Positions 27,037 to 35,421 of a stretch of DNA of 64,000 nucleotides are shown piece after piece (positions within the stretch are counted from its first letter, which is position 1; every line of letters starts with the position of its first letter). Origin of the DNA: Fuerstiella sp. GTDB lineage: Bacteria; Planctomycetota; Planctomycetia; Planctomycetales; Planctomycetaceae. The notes beneath the pieces were generated by a model that did not search any database, had not been told where the DNA came from, and saw only the letters and a program-made list of their open reading frames with translations. Made by a program: the position numbers and the translations under genes. The DNA lies in NCBI GenBank assembly GCA_039974975.1, contig JBDWHY010000081.1:20764-84763 (forward strand), read 5' to 3'.

Positions 27037-27921
27037 ATGGCAAAAACTTTCAAGCTGAGATTAGGCTCCCGCGATGTCGAACTGCTGCAGAACATTGACC
27101 GGTGTCCGTTGACGCCGGAACAGATGTTTCAGCTTGCTGCTGCGGCTGAGCAACCCTTCCCGTCTCTGGGTGACCTTCGACGCCGTCTTCGACAGTTGAA
27201 GCGGGCGGGGTTGATCAATGGCTGGCCCTACGCGATCGCGACGACGGGGCGTTCACCGTTCTACTTCAAGCTGACTCGAGACGGTTTTCGTTTTCTGCAC
27301 GGAACGGAAGCGGCTCTGCCAAGACGGCGGCACTTCGAACAACTCAGCCCCTATCACCATCATCACACGTTGTCGCTGTCTTCTCTGGTGGTGCATCTGT
27401 TGGTGTCAGCTGTTCGACATGGTCACACGATCGAGCATTACGCTCGCGAAAACAGTGTGTGCCTGAAGGCTGATCCCTTTACGATTTACCCGGATGGAGT
27501 TTTCGTGTTACGTCGATCGGATGGACGGTCGTTTTCGTTCTGCATTGAGCTTGATAACGGCACCGAACGTGTGCGGTCGAAGCTCGATGTAGAATGCATT
27601 GAAAGAAAGCTTCGCGGCTATGACGCTCATCAGTCTCAGTTCGATGCCTACGATTCCAATAGATATCTTGTTCTGCTGGTGACGACTCGAAGCCGTAAGC
27701 GACTGGATCACATGTTGATGCTGGCTTCGGGAATCCAACGAGATCCCAATCGCACTGTGTTTCTCGGAGCGAATCTGCAAACCTTGCTTCAGATTGACCC
27801 GTTCGCAACAGCAGCGTTCGAAGACCATCGAGGGCTCAAGCGAGTTCTGGTGCCGTTCGCACCGGCGGCATCGAAAAGCGGCGAATCTGTTCCACAAGTT
27901 CGAGCGACCGGTGTACAGTAA
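27037..27921 (+). CDS. replication-relaxation (Replic_Relax) family protein
   Basis: N-terminal winged-helix pattern LGSRDVELLQNIDRCPLTPEQMFQL...LRRRLRQLKRAGLI. Paralogous in layout to 48564-49445. Confidence 0.7.
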   Translation: MAKTFKLRLGSRDVELLQNIDRCPLTPEQMFQLAAAAEQPFPSLGDLRRRLRQLKRAGLINGWPYAIATTGRSPFYFKLTRDGFRFLHGTEAALPRRRHFEQLSPYHHHHTLSLSSLVVHLLVSAVRHGHTIEHYARENSVCLKADPFTIYPDGVFVLRRSDGRSFSFCIELDNGTERVRSKLDVECIERKLRGYDAHQSQFDAYDSNRYLVLLVTTRSRKRLDHMLMLASGIQRDPNRTVFLGANLQTLLQIDPFATAAFEDHRGLKRVLVPFAPAASKSGESVPQVRATGVQ

Positions 27922-28305
27922 AATCCCGCCGGTAGGCCCTTCCCCGACGCAGTTGATTCGCCCACGCGCGGATCAACGGACTCCTCAGCCAAACAGCTAC
28001 CGTTGATGCCGGTTGACGATGGCGACGCACCGCTATCGACGGCAGATCCGAGCCAAAACCCCTCGGTCGTTCCGGGAGCCGTTCCCCTGCCACGAGAACT
28101 CTGGCCACGTCGCGGGCTGCTCCCGAAGTGGAGTCGTTCCGAAGGGAGCAGATCACAAGCAAGGGCACCGGCCCTTGACTCGGGGGCGTGGAAGGCGGGA
28201 AGGCATGGATGGTTTGCACCGCCGAGCCGCTCCCGTTGGTCGCTGGGATTGAAGGGGAGAGAGCGAAGGAGGCGAGGGGAGCCGACGATTTGAGACTCTG
28301 ACCAG

Positions 28306-30432
28306 ATGTATTTTCGACTACTGACGCCCACAGGCAATCGACGAGGCCCCGTGTTTACGGAGAATGTCCTACGTGCCCTTCATCAGGCAGATCACCGTCG
28401 ACACGGAATCACCCTGCGACTGGACTCGATCGGTGGAAGTACACAACTGGGAGTCGAATTCCCCGCAGATTTACGAGCGGTTGTGATTTCGGGGCTGCAG
28501 GATTCATACCCCGGAATGGAGGCTCATCCGAGTGAATCTCTGCCAGTTGCTTCGATGCCGTTTCAGTGGGAGTGTGCGTTGCGAAAAGATGTCGACGTCT
28601 TCTCGTTGATGACCAGTGACAGATTCACGGATGAAGTTTTCCGAAACGACTTCGCTGATCCACTGTCAGGAGTTCTGTCGTCTCTTCAGTCTGGTCGGGC
28701 CGGGAGAATGGGATTCAGTGTCGAGTTGAGTATCCGTCCAGCTACGAAGAGAAGGCTGAAGCAAGCAACACGCCTGCGGCTGCGTTTGCGACGAGCGTTC
28801 TGGCCTGCCTCTGCAAAAACCTGGTATCTCAAACTTGCGATGAGCTCTTCAAAGCTGCGTCGCGCAGCAGCCACTCTACCACTTCTGTGTTCGCATCGAT
28901 CTCCATCTGCTGAGAATGATCAAGAATCATCCCTTCCTGCCACGTTCGAGTGCCATCTGGTACTGAGGGTCGCGGCCACGGAAAACGTTCGTCAGATCGC
29001 ATTGAAACGCCTTTCCGAGATTGCCGGAACCTTCGCTCGATTTCAGTCCGGTGAATCTCAGTTGGTTACCGGGCCTGTGATGGCTGTTACCCCGCGACGA
29101 CGAAGCAGAGGCCGAGGATTCCTAATGAACGTAGCTGAAATTGCCTCGATGTGGCATCCACCAACAGAAACCACCGATAGTGTGGCTCGAGTTTCCCGGG
29201 GAAACTTTCGAGAACTGGAGCCACCCAACGAACTGGCTGCAGTGGGAGACCGTGAAGGCACAGTTCTGGGACGGGTTGTTTTTCGCAATGAACGAACGCG
29301 GATCAAAATCTCTCACGATGACTTGCGACGACATCTCTTTGTTATTGGAAAAACGGGAACAGGGAAGTCGACATTCCTGCTGAATGTCGTTCGCCAACAG
29401 ATGGAGTCTGGGCGAGGCGTCATTCTGATCGACCCGCACGGACAGCTAGCCGATGAGGTGCTTAGCTGTGTTCCAAAGCGGCGAAAGAACGACGTGGTTA
29501 ATTTTGATGTGTCGAATGTATCACGACTTCCAGCATTCAATCCCATGGTGGGGCCGAGCGGTGCCGATCCAACACTCACCGCGGATGCCGTCTTGACGTC
29601 GTTCAAGAATGTCTTTGGCTTCGACGAAGGATCAGCACCCCGCCTTTTGCACATCTTTCGCAATTGTCTACTGGCCTTAGTGGGAACACCGGAGGCTAAT
29701 CTGGCTTCGGTTCAGCGACTATTAATTGATGAGCTGTTTCGAAAGTCGCTGATCGCCCGAATTTCAAACGACGCTGTCCGTGAATTCTGGCTGACAGAAT
29801 TTCAACGGTGGAGTGCGAGGGATCGCACTCAGTACATTGCCAGCCTGCAGAACAAACTGGGTGCCTTCACGACCAACGAACGCTTGAATACCATTTTAAA
29901 CCCCACAACGAAGAGGAGAGGAATCGTCCTGCGGGATGTGATGGACTCGTCAAAGATCCTGATCTGCAATTTGAGCAAAGGCCAAGTGGGCCATGACGCA
30001 TCAAAGCTCCTCGGATCTCTGTTGTTATCCAGTCTGCAAGTTGCTGCGATGAGTCGTGCAGATATTCCGGAGCACGAACGAACCGACTGCACGGTCGTCA
30101 TTGACGAGTTCCATTCGTACCTCGCCGAAGGAAATTCCACGATGGCGGATGCTCTGGCGGAATCCCGCAAGTACCGCTCAAACTACGTGCTTAGCACTCA
30201 AATGTTGGACGGCCAGCTTGATTCCGCCACCCTCGCCGGAGTCCTCGGAAACTGCGGATCATCCCTGTGCATGACCGTCGGCCCCAAGGATGGAGCCTTG
30301 ATGGCCGAGCTACTCGGAAAGGGTCTGACTCCCGAAGATCTGATGCAGATCCCTAAGTTTCACGGGTATTTGAGGCTGCTTGTTGATGGGGTGCCGAAGA
30401 CGATGTCTATCAAGACTACGCTGGCAATGTAG
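28306..30432 (+). CDS. FtsK/HerA/TraD-superfamily P-loop ATPase (type IV coupling protein-like, no N-terminal TM)
   Basis: Walker A FVIGKTGTGKST, DPHGQLADEV, Walker B VVIDEFHSY. A soluble N-terminal domain of about 340 aa. Confidence 0.75.
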   Translation: MYFRLLTPTGNRRGPVFTENVLRALHQADHRRHGITLRLDSIGGSTQLGVEFPADLRAVVISGLQDSYPGMEAHPSESLPVASMPFQWECALRKDVDVFSLMTSDRFTDEVFRNDFADPLSGVLSSLQSGRAGRMGFSVELSIRPATKRRLKQATRLRLRLRRAFWPASAKTWYLKLAMSSSKLRRAAATLPLLCSHRSPSAENDQESSLPATFECHLVLRVAATENVRQIALKRLSEIAGTFARFQSGESQLVTGPVMAVTPRRRSRGRGFLMNVAEIASMWHPPTETTDSVARVSRGNFRELEPPNELAAVGDREGTVLGRVVFRNERTRIKISHDDLRRHLFVIGKTGTGKSTFLLNVVRQQMESGRGVILIDPHGQLADEVLSCVPKRRKNDVVNFDVSNVSRLPAFNPMVGPSGADPTLTADAVLTSFKNVFGFDEGSAPRLLHIFRNCLLALVGTPEANLASVQRLLIDELFRKSLIARISNDAVREFWLTEFQRWSARDRTQYIASLQNKLGAFTTNERLNTILNPTTKRRGIVLRDVMDSSKILICNLSKGQVGHDASKLLGSLLLSSLQVAAMSRADIPEHERTDCTVVIDEFHSYLAEGNSTMADALAESRKYRSNYVLSTQMLDGQLDSATLAGVLGNCGSSLCMTVGPKDGALMAELLGKGLTPEDLMQIPKFHGYLRLLVDGVPKTMSIKTTLAM
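29189..29206. repeat. second copy of the parS-like palindrome, inside the ATPase gene
   Basis: GAGTTTCCCGGGGAAACT is identical over 18 nt to 16816-16833. Confidence 0.8.
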
Positions 30433-30463
30433 GCCGAAGGAATTGTAGTGTTCAATGACCGAC

Positions 30464-30940
30464 TCAGTGCCTTTCATCCAGCCTTTTCAAAAGCATCTGG
30501 CAGTGATTACCAATTGCCCAAAAATCAGAAACTATTGCACACTGATGAAAGCCAAGCTTTTCAAAGAAACGAATCGTTCCTTGAAAGTGAAGCCCGGAAA
30601 CACTGGGTTCAGGAAACTGTGAGTCAATAGTCGCTGTCTTCGCAATCACCATTCGTTGCGTCGTTGCGGTTTCCAGGACTGCTTCTACCAAGCAAGAACC
30701 GACTCCGTTGCGACCTTCCATAGGGTCAATGGCAAGCCAAAGAAGTTCAATCTCAACAGAATGGCTTATCCAAACAATGAACCCATGGACCACGCAATTT
30801 GTTTCGTAAACCAAGGAGTTAAGATTCAGGAAGTCATCTGCAATGTAAGCATGAGACTCTGGAATAAAGTGTGTGCCAAGAGATGCGATGATGTCCATGA
30901 CTCGCGGCAAGTCCTGCTCGTTGCCGTTTCTAATAACCAT
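30464..30940 (-). CDS. GNAT-family N-acetyltransferase
   Basis: 158 aa. Acetyl-CoA pocket region IELLWLAIDPMEGRNGVGSCLVEAV. C-terminal FFEKLGF. Start overlaps the upstream gene's end by 11 nt. Confidence 0.8.
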   Translation of the reverse strand: MVIRNGNEQDLPRVMDIIASLGTHFIPESHAYIADDFLNLNSLVYETNCVVHGFIVWISHSVEIELLWLAIDPMEGRNGVGSCLVEAVLETATTQRMVIAKTATIDSQFPEPSVSGLHFQGTIRFFEKLGFHQCAIVSDFWAIGNHCQMLLKRLDERH

Positions 30941-31622
30941 CTGACACCCTCAAGGAGACGTGAGTCCTCTCTGCGCAAGGAAATGGGAAGTCAACGAAGT
31001 TGCCAGCGGAACAAGCGGCCATAATTTCCATGTCTTCGCCGGGGTAAATCTCAACTTTGTATCCCATCTGATAGATGCGGATGAACATCGCGAGTTCTTC
31101 GATTACGTACTCGCGAAGACAATTGAGTTCCAATGAACTCAACTCTAGTTGATCCTGCCTAAGCGTAAATCGCTTGACCGACTGATCGACCAACTCGAGA
31201 AACCGCTCGTTCTTCAGTGAAAATACCGCGATTTTATTCTTAATAGCCGCGTATTCGTAAGTCTTCAGCTCTGCTTCCCAGTCAAAGACACGCAGATTGA
31301 CGTTGACTTTGTCAGCCACGATACGACCGAGTCGCCGCTGGAACTTTCCAACTTGTTTCCGCACTAACTCTTCACACACCTCCATGGGTAAGTGGTCGAA
31401 AACCATAAGATTCCAACGATTGACGAAATATCCTTGAACAATCATCACCGACTCGGTTCGCTCAAGTGTCCAGTCCACAATTGCTCGCAAACGTCCAGCG
31501 TTGACATGGGGAGTTGTTGGGCTTAGCCCAACAAAGCATGAAACCTGACCGGAGAGGAAATCACTCACCAATGGCCCATTGGTGTGCAGGTCATTCATTT
31601 TAACATCAAAATGCTTAGACAC
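30930..31622 (-). CDS. cyclodipeptide synthase (CDPS)-like protein
   Basis: 230 aa. CFVGLSPTTP (compare AlbC ALIGISAGNS, catalytic Ser). IVDWTLERTESVMIV (compare LLQWAGQRFERTDVV). REYVIEELAMF with Y-x3-E (compare NYVLAEAPLF). VEIYPG. Comparison to AlbC is from memory. Confidence 0.65.
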   Translation of the reverse strand: MSKHFDVKMNDLHTNGPLVSDFLSGQVSCFVGLSPTTPHVNAGRLRAIVDWTLERTESVMIVQGYFVNRWNLMVFDHLPMEVCEELVRKQVGKFQRRLGRIVADKVNVNLRVFDWEAELKTYEYAAIKNKIAVFSLKNERFLELVDQSVKRFTLRQDQLELSSLELNCLREYVIEELAMFIRIYQMGYKVEIYPGEDMEIMAACSAGNFVDFPFPCAERTHVSLRVSDGY

Positions 31623-31692
31623 GATGGCGTATGTCTCATTCTAGGTACTGTGCGCTCGAGAGGATTGACTGTAGGTGACGGGAGACCCAACG

Positions 31693-32940
31693 TCACTTAC
31701 GAACCAAACAGCCATCACATTCTGCAAACAAACCAACAAGAAACGTTTGAAATACTTGCGACTTTTTTCGTCCAGACGATTTAAGCACATTCATGAAATT
31801 ATCAGTGAATCGTGTCATTCTGGTGAAGGCCCTGCCGTCTTTATGCTTCTCAAAAAAACCGACATCGGCGTTCAAGGAAAGCAGTTTCCTCAAATGCGAT
31901 TCTGCTCGGTCGATTCTCTTGCCGATTCGATCCCGTGTTTTCTTTGAGGCATCATTGCCAGAGGAAGCAATCACATCCAGATCAGTGGTTTCTTCAAAGA
32001 ACCGGATCGCTGCCACATCGTTGACAAGTCCCTTTTGTGACGGGATAGCTTTGCAAATCATGTAAAATGCCAGAGTCTGAATTCTCTCTCGTTGTTTGGC
32101 GGCTCCAGCAACCAAGTTTGCCCCCGCTTTCGAACTTAATTTCATTCCCTTCACGCAGTTGATGGAAAACAATTCTACTCTTGAGCCGTCTGATACGAAT
32201 GCAGTGAATTTCAGCCGATTATCGTGCTCTGTCCAGTCTATTTCGAATCGTAAGTCCCGGACATCCGATCGAGCTCTTTCCTCTAAGAGAATCGAACGGT
32301 CGACAAGTGAGTGGAGTCGATGCTCGTAATTCTGCAAAAAAGAGTTCGGGAGGCAACGAGTTAACGCGGTCGCCAAATCTTGATCTAGACGTTCTGACCA
32401 GCTAGCCATCAGGATCGATTGTCGCAAAAAATATGCAATGAAACGAAGCTGTTGTGGCAGATTGGTCCAGCTGGCAGGCTCCGTTTGCGATTGGGGAAGA
32501 AAGTACAACATGGATGTTGGGCGTTTGAGCCACGCCCGCCAGATCCGAACATGTCGCGGTGTTGAGTCGTCGCTGCCAAACAGGATGGAGACGGGTTCAG
32601 CAATTTCATTCAAGCCACAGTTTCCAATCAGGTCCATATCGATTGCTGCTGGATGAGGCGATTCATTGTCCCTGTCCGGAACTTTGCAAAGCAGTTCCAC
32701 GGAAAGTATATTAGATCGCGGCAAGACGTAGTGACAATCGACAGCGTCGTTTGCCATTTCTGGTGCGAAATTGACGAACTCAGCAAAATAGACATCACCT
32801 TTTGCGATAGGCCGTTCACCTTCAGGCTCCCGGAACACAACCCCTACAATCCCTGAACAGCAGTCAAGCTCATGAGCAAGTTCTTGCAAGAAGGGACGTA
32901 TTACAGTTCCGAGGACGGCTAAGTCATTCGTTTCAGCCAT
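31693..32940 (-). CDS. hypothetical protein, 415 aa, no recognisable family
   Basis: ATG 32940 lies 1 nt after the transporter stop (32942-32944). The ORF is open from 32988. Operon position is between the transporter and the CDPS-like gene. Confidence 0.6.
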   Translation of the reverse strand: MAETNDLAVLGTVIRPFLQELAHELDCCSGIVGVVFREPEGERPIAKGDVYFAEFVNFAPEMANDAVDCHYVLPRSNILSVELLCKVPDRDNESPHPAAIDMDLIGNCGLNEIAEPVSILFGSDDSTPRHVRIWRAWLKRPTSMLYFLPQSQTEPASWTNLPQQLRFIAYFLRQSILMASWSERLDQDLATALTRCLPNSFLQNYEHRLHSLVDRSILLEERARSDVRDLRFEIDWTEHDNRLKFTAFVSDGSRVELFSINCVKGMKLSSKAGANLVAGAAKQRERIQTLAFYMICKAIPSQKGLVNDVAAIRFFEETTDLDVIASSGNDASKKTRDRIGKRIDRAESHLRKLLSLNADVGFFEKHKDGRAFTRMTRFTDNFMNVLKSSGRKKSQVFQTFLVGLFAECDGCLVRK

Positions 32941-32941
32941 G

Positions 32942-34462
32942 TCACCTGCTGCCCAATGCCGAGCCTTGCTGAGAGCTTTCAACGTCATGCTCTGAGGAAT
33001 TTACGTTCACATTCCAGCAACGGATGCTGAGAATTGCGAAAGATACAGTTGCAACACCGAGCGCCGCCGCCGGAGCGTTATATGTCCAATCCAAATTGTT
33101 GGTTAGTTTTCCGTAGAACGCACTGCACCAAGCGGCCAAGAACCCACCAGTTATCGCCACGATAGCAGCAGGGGCAGCCTTTCTCAGGTTCAAACGAGTC
33201 CTAAGAAACAAAGCCGCTCCAACCACTGGAAACACGGCGAGTTGGGCACCATAAATAGCGAATATTAGTTGAACAACGTCAAAGCGAATGAGATGCAGTG
33301 TGGCAAACAGGCCAAAAGATACAACGGCAATCGTCCCGAGTGCTATTCTGGATAACTGCACTGCTTTTGCATCCTCAATCTCTCGTTTATCGAGGTTGAA
33401 GGTGTCAATGACACACATTTGGCCAGCAACGAGTAACAGACTGTCGGCGGTCGTGATCATAGCGGCAAAAAGGCCGAGCATCAACATGCCAAGAATCAGC
33501 AGGCCGATGCCCCGGCTTTCTGCGAGTTCGGAGACGATAAAGTTCATGAGGGTTGTCTCGCCCGGGACAAAACCGCCTGTGTAGATCGCAAGGCTCGAGA
33601 GGATGCAGCTAAACAAAATCAGCGAGCCCCACAAGACGACGAACAACTTGATTGCAGACTTCAGCCCAGATTGTGCTGCATCAACACTCTTTACGGCACA
33701 GAGACGGTGCCATGTGCCAGCATCACTAATCGCAGCAGGCACATTCATCACAATGATGCCGACGACGAATGACGAGGAGGCTGACCAGTCGGAGAACACA
33801 TTCTGCATGATCTTCGGCCAGGGCACTGGGGCTACAGTGCGGTAATCCAAGAACAGAACGGTGATTGGCAGCATGAGAATAGCGACAACAATAAATCGAA
33901 AATGCCACTGCTCGGTCGCAACGACTGCTTTGAATCCAGCGATGATGCTGTACGCCACCAAGAAGAGAAGATAGAGCACGGCAAATGCGATTGACCAGTC
34001 TCCAAGGAACGGGTTGAGAATACTCACGCCCACTAACAACTCCATCGCGAAGATGCTGACATATCCGACAAAAGTGAAAAGCAACGCCACACGTTTCACA
34101 TATTTGCTTGAGTAGGCAGTACCAAGAAATGATTGCAGCGTTTCGTTCGTCGGGTTTTGCGAAAGGACATAGGGAACTGCGAGGTACAAGACGCAGAAGC
34201 CCACTGCGTACGAGGCGATTGTTACGAACAGTCCAAGGCCCACGTAGGGCGCCAGATTGACCAATGCAAGAATGACGGTCGCTAGCGAAAGGCCAGAAGA
34301 AACAGTACTGCGTGAGTAAGTGTCAGCTTGAATATGCCGAGTCAAGGGAAAGAACGAAGCAAGCGAATTGACTTGCTTCGATTCTCTGAGAGCTAGTCTG
34401 AAGTACAGAACGGCCGGGACAATGATTGCGGCGAAGACCACATAGTAAGCTGATGTATTCAT
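32942..34462 (-). CDS. sodium:solute symporter (SSS)-like polytopic transporter
   Basis: 506 aa with about 13 TM helices. SSS-like stretches (ETLQSFLGTAYSSKYVKRVALLF; VAYSIIAGFKAVVATEQWHF). Confidence 0.65.
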   Translation of the reverse strand: MNTSAYYVVFAAIIVPAVLYFRLALRESKQVNSLASFFPLTRHIQADTYSRSTVSSGLSLATVILALVNLAPYVGLGLFVTIASYAVGFCVLYLAVPYVLSQNPTNETLQSFLGTAYSSKYVKRVALLFTFVGYVSIFAMELLVGVSILNPFLGDWSIAFAVLYLLFLVAYSIIAGFKAVVATEQWHFRFIVVAILMLPITVLFLDYRTVAPVPWPKIMQNVFSDWSASSSFVVGIIVMNVPAAISDAGTWHRLCAVKSVDAAQSGLKSAIKLFVVLWGSLILFSCILSSLAIYTGGFVPGETTLMNFIVSELAESRGIGLLILGMLMLGLFAAMITTADSLLLVAGQMCVIDTFNLDKREIEDAKAVQLSRIALGTIAVVSFGLFATLHLIRFDVVQLIFAIYGAQLAVFPVVGAALFLRTRLNLRKAAPAAIVAITGGFLAAWCSAFYGKLTNNLDWTYNAPAAALGVATVSFAILSIRCWNVNVNSSEHDVESSQQGSALGSR

Positions 34463-35421
34463 CTCTTCGTCCTTTTCAGAGTTTTTCCAAACGTGTCAGC
34501 CCTCTCCTCTACTAGATGAGTCAGCGACAGACCAGAGCGACAGATGCAGAGCACCTTTTTTTTGAACATCGCCCTGAATGCCTGAGAAAACGGATGGCGT
34601 TTGATGATGAATTGGGCTTCTGTCGCGGTGCAAAGGAAATGTGTCGCTCATTGGCGTCAGCAGACGAATATCCCGTCTTTGACACATGACGACACATTCA
34701 CCTGCTCAAAGGACAGCTTGGGACGCTGGCAGATCTTTTTTATATCTTAGAGCTATGAAAAGCCTTCGTTTAGACAAGGTGTTCGCTTTCGTGACATGAG
34801 ATCGACGAGAAAAATTCTGTCAACTCCATGTGGCGCACATAGAAAGGAAACCCCTGAGGCCTGACTTACGAATGGTTTGGGGTTTTAACGCCCAACAAAG
34901 TCACATCTGAAAGACCGGGTATCACATGGTGACACCCGGCTCGTCAGACACTGACGGCAAAGCGTTTATCAGTGATGACTTCCTTGAAGCCGTTCGCAGC
35001 GGCTGCAAAGCACTCAAACTTCCTTGGCGCTCTGATTCCTCGAATTTCTGATTGCTGTGCAGTCATGATGAGGCCAGTGTCCCACGAAGTGAAACGACGT
35101 GTCAAGCAAAACGCTGTGATTGGCTACACGCTGATTGCAGCGTTTTTTATTGGCTTCGACTCAGAAGGTCCCCAGCATGTACCACGGTAGTGAATTGAGC
35201 ACGCCTGAAACGCCAGCTACTTGGAAGTGCCTTGAGTGCAATAAGAAGCAAAGAGGCCGACCTCAAATACGTGTTCCAAGTTTCTTCGAACCCGTGCGGG
35301 TCTCATGCACTGAATACGGCGGAGACATTGTGTGGTTGAATTTACAGCCACCAAAGTCCGGCACCATTGCTTCCCGGTAGCGTGGCCGTCGCTTCTATTA
35401 CCCCATCAAAAGGACTTCGAC

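Noticed and set aside
27031-27039. Divergent start codons only 3 nt apart (primase ATG 27033, Replic_Relax ATG 27037)
   Set aside because: This leaves no room for promoters. I resolved it by preferring the internal primase ATG at 26988 rather than reporting an unusual arrangement.
27789-28337. Overlapping ORFs (182 aa minus, 127 aa minus, 96 and 79 aa plus) in the Replic_Relax/ATPase spacer
   Set aside because: Several frames are open at once in a G+C-rich stretch. The products are Arg/Pro/Gly-rich and have no motifs. This is a typical high-GC artefact.
34930-34940. 11-nt GTGACACCCGG shared with 16839-16849, and a local hairpin CCGGGTATCAC-ATG-GTGACACCCGG at 34914-34940
   Set aside because: The shared word is short and the flanks do not align. 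The hairpin is real, but I cannot tie it to any function. Not promoted to a finding.
35281-35310. TTCGAACCCGTGCGGG, a tRNA T-arm-like or att-like fragment in the 34463-35421 gap
   Set aside because: It cannot be folded into a T-arm on either strand, and it matches the tmRNA 3' end only over TCGAACCC. Too short to call an att remnant.
34972-35380. Small ORFs of 72 and 81 aa (one with a CLEC...C pattern) upstream of the vWA operon
   Set aside because: No RBS or family support, and they overlap each other. They could hide a small zinc-ribbon gene starting at ATG 35177, but the evidence is insufficient.
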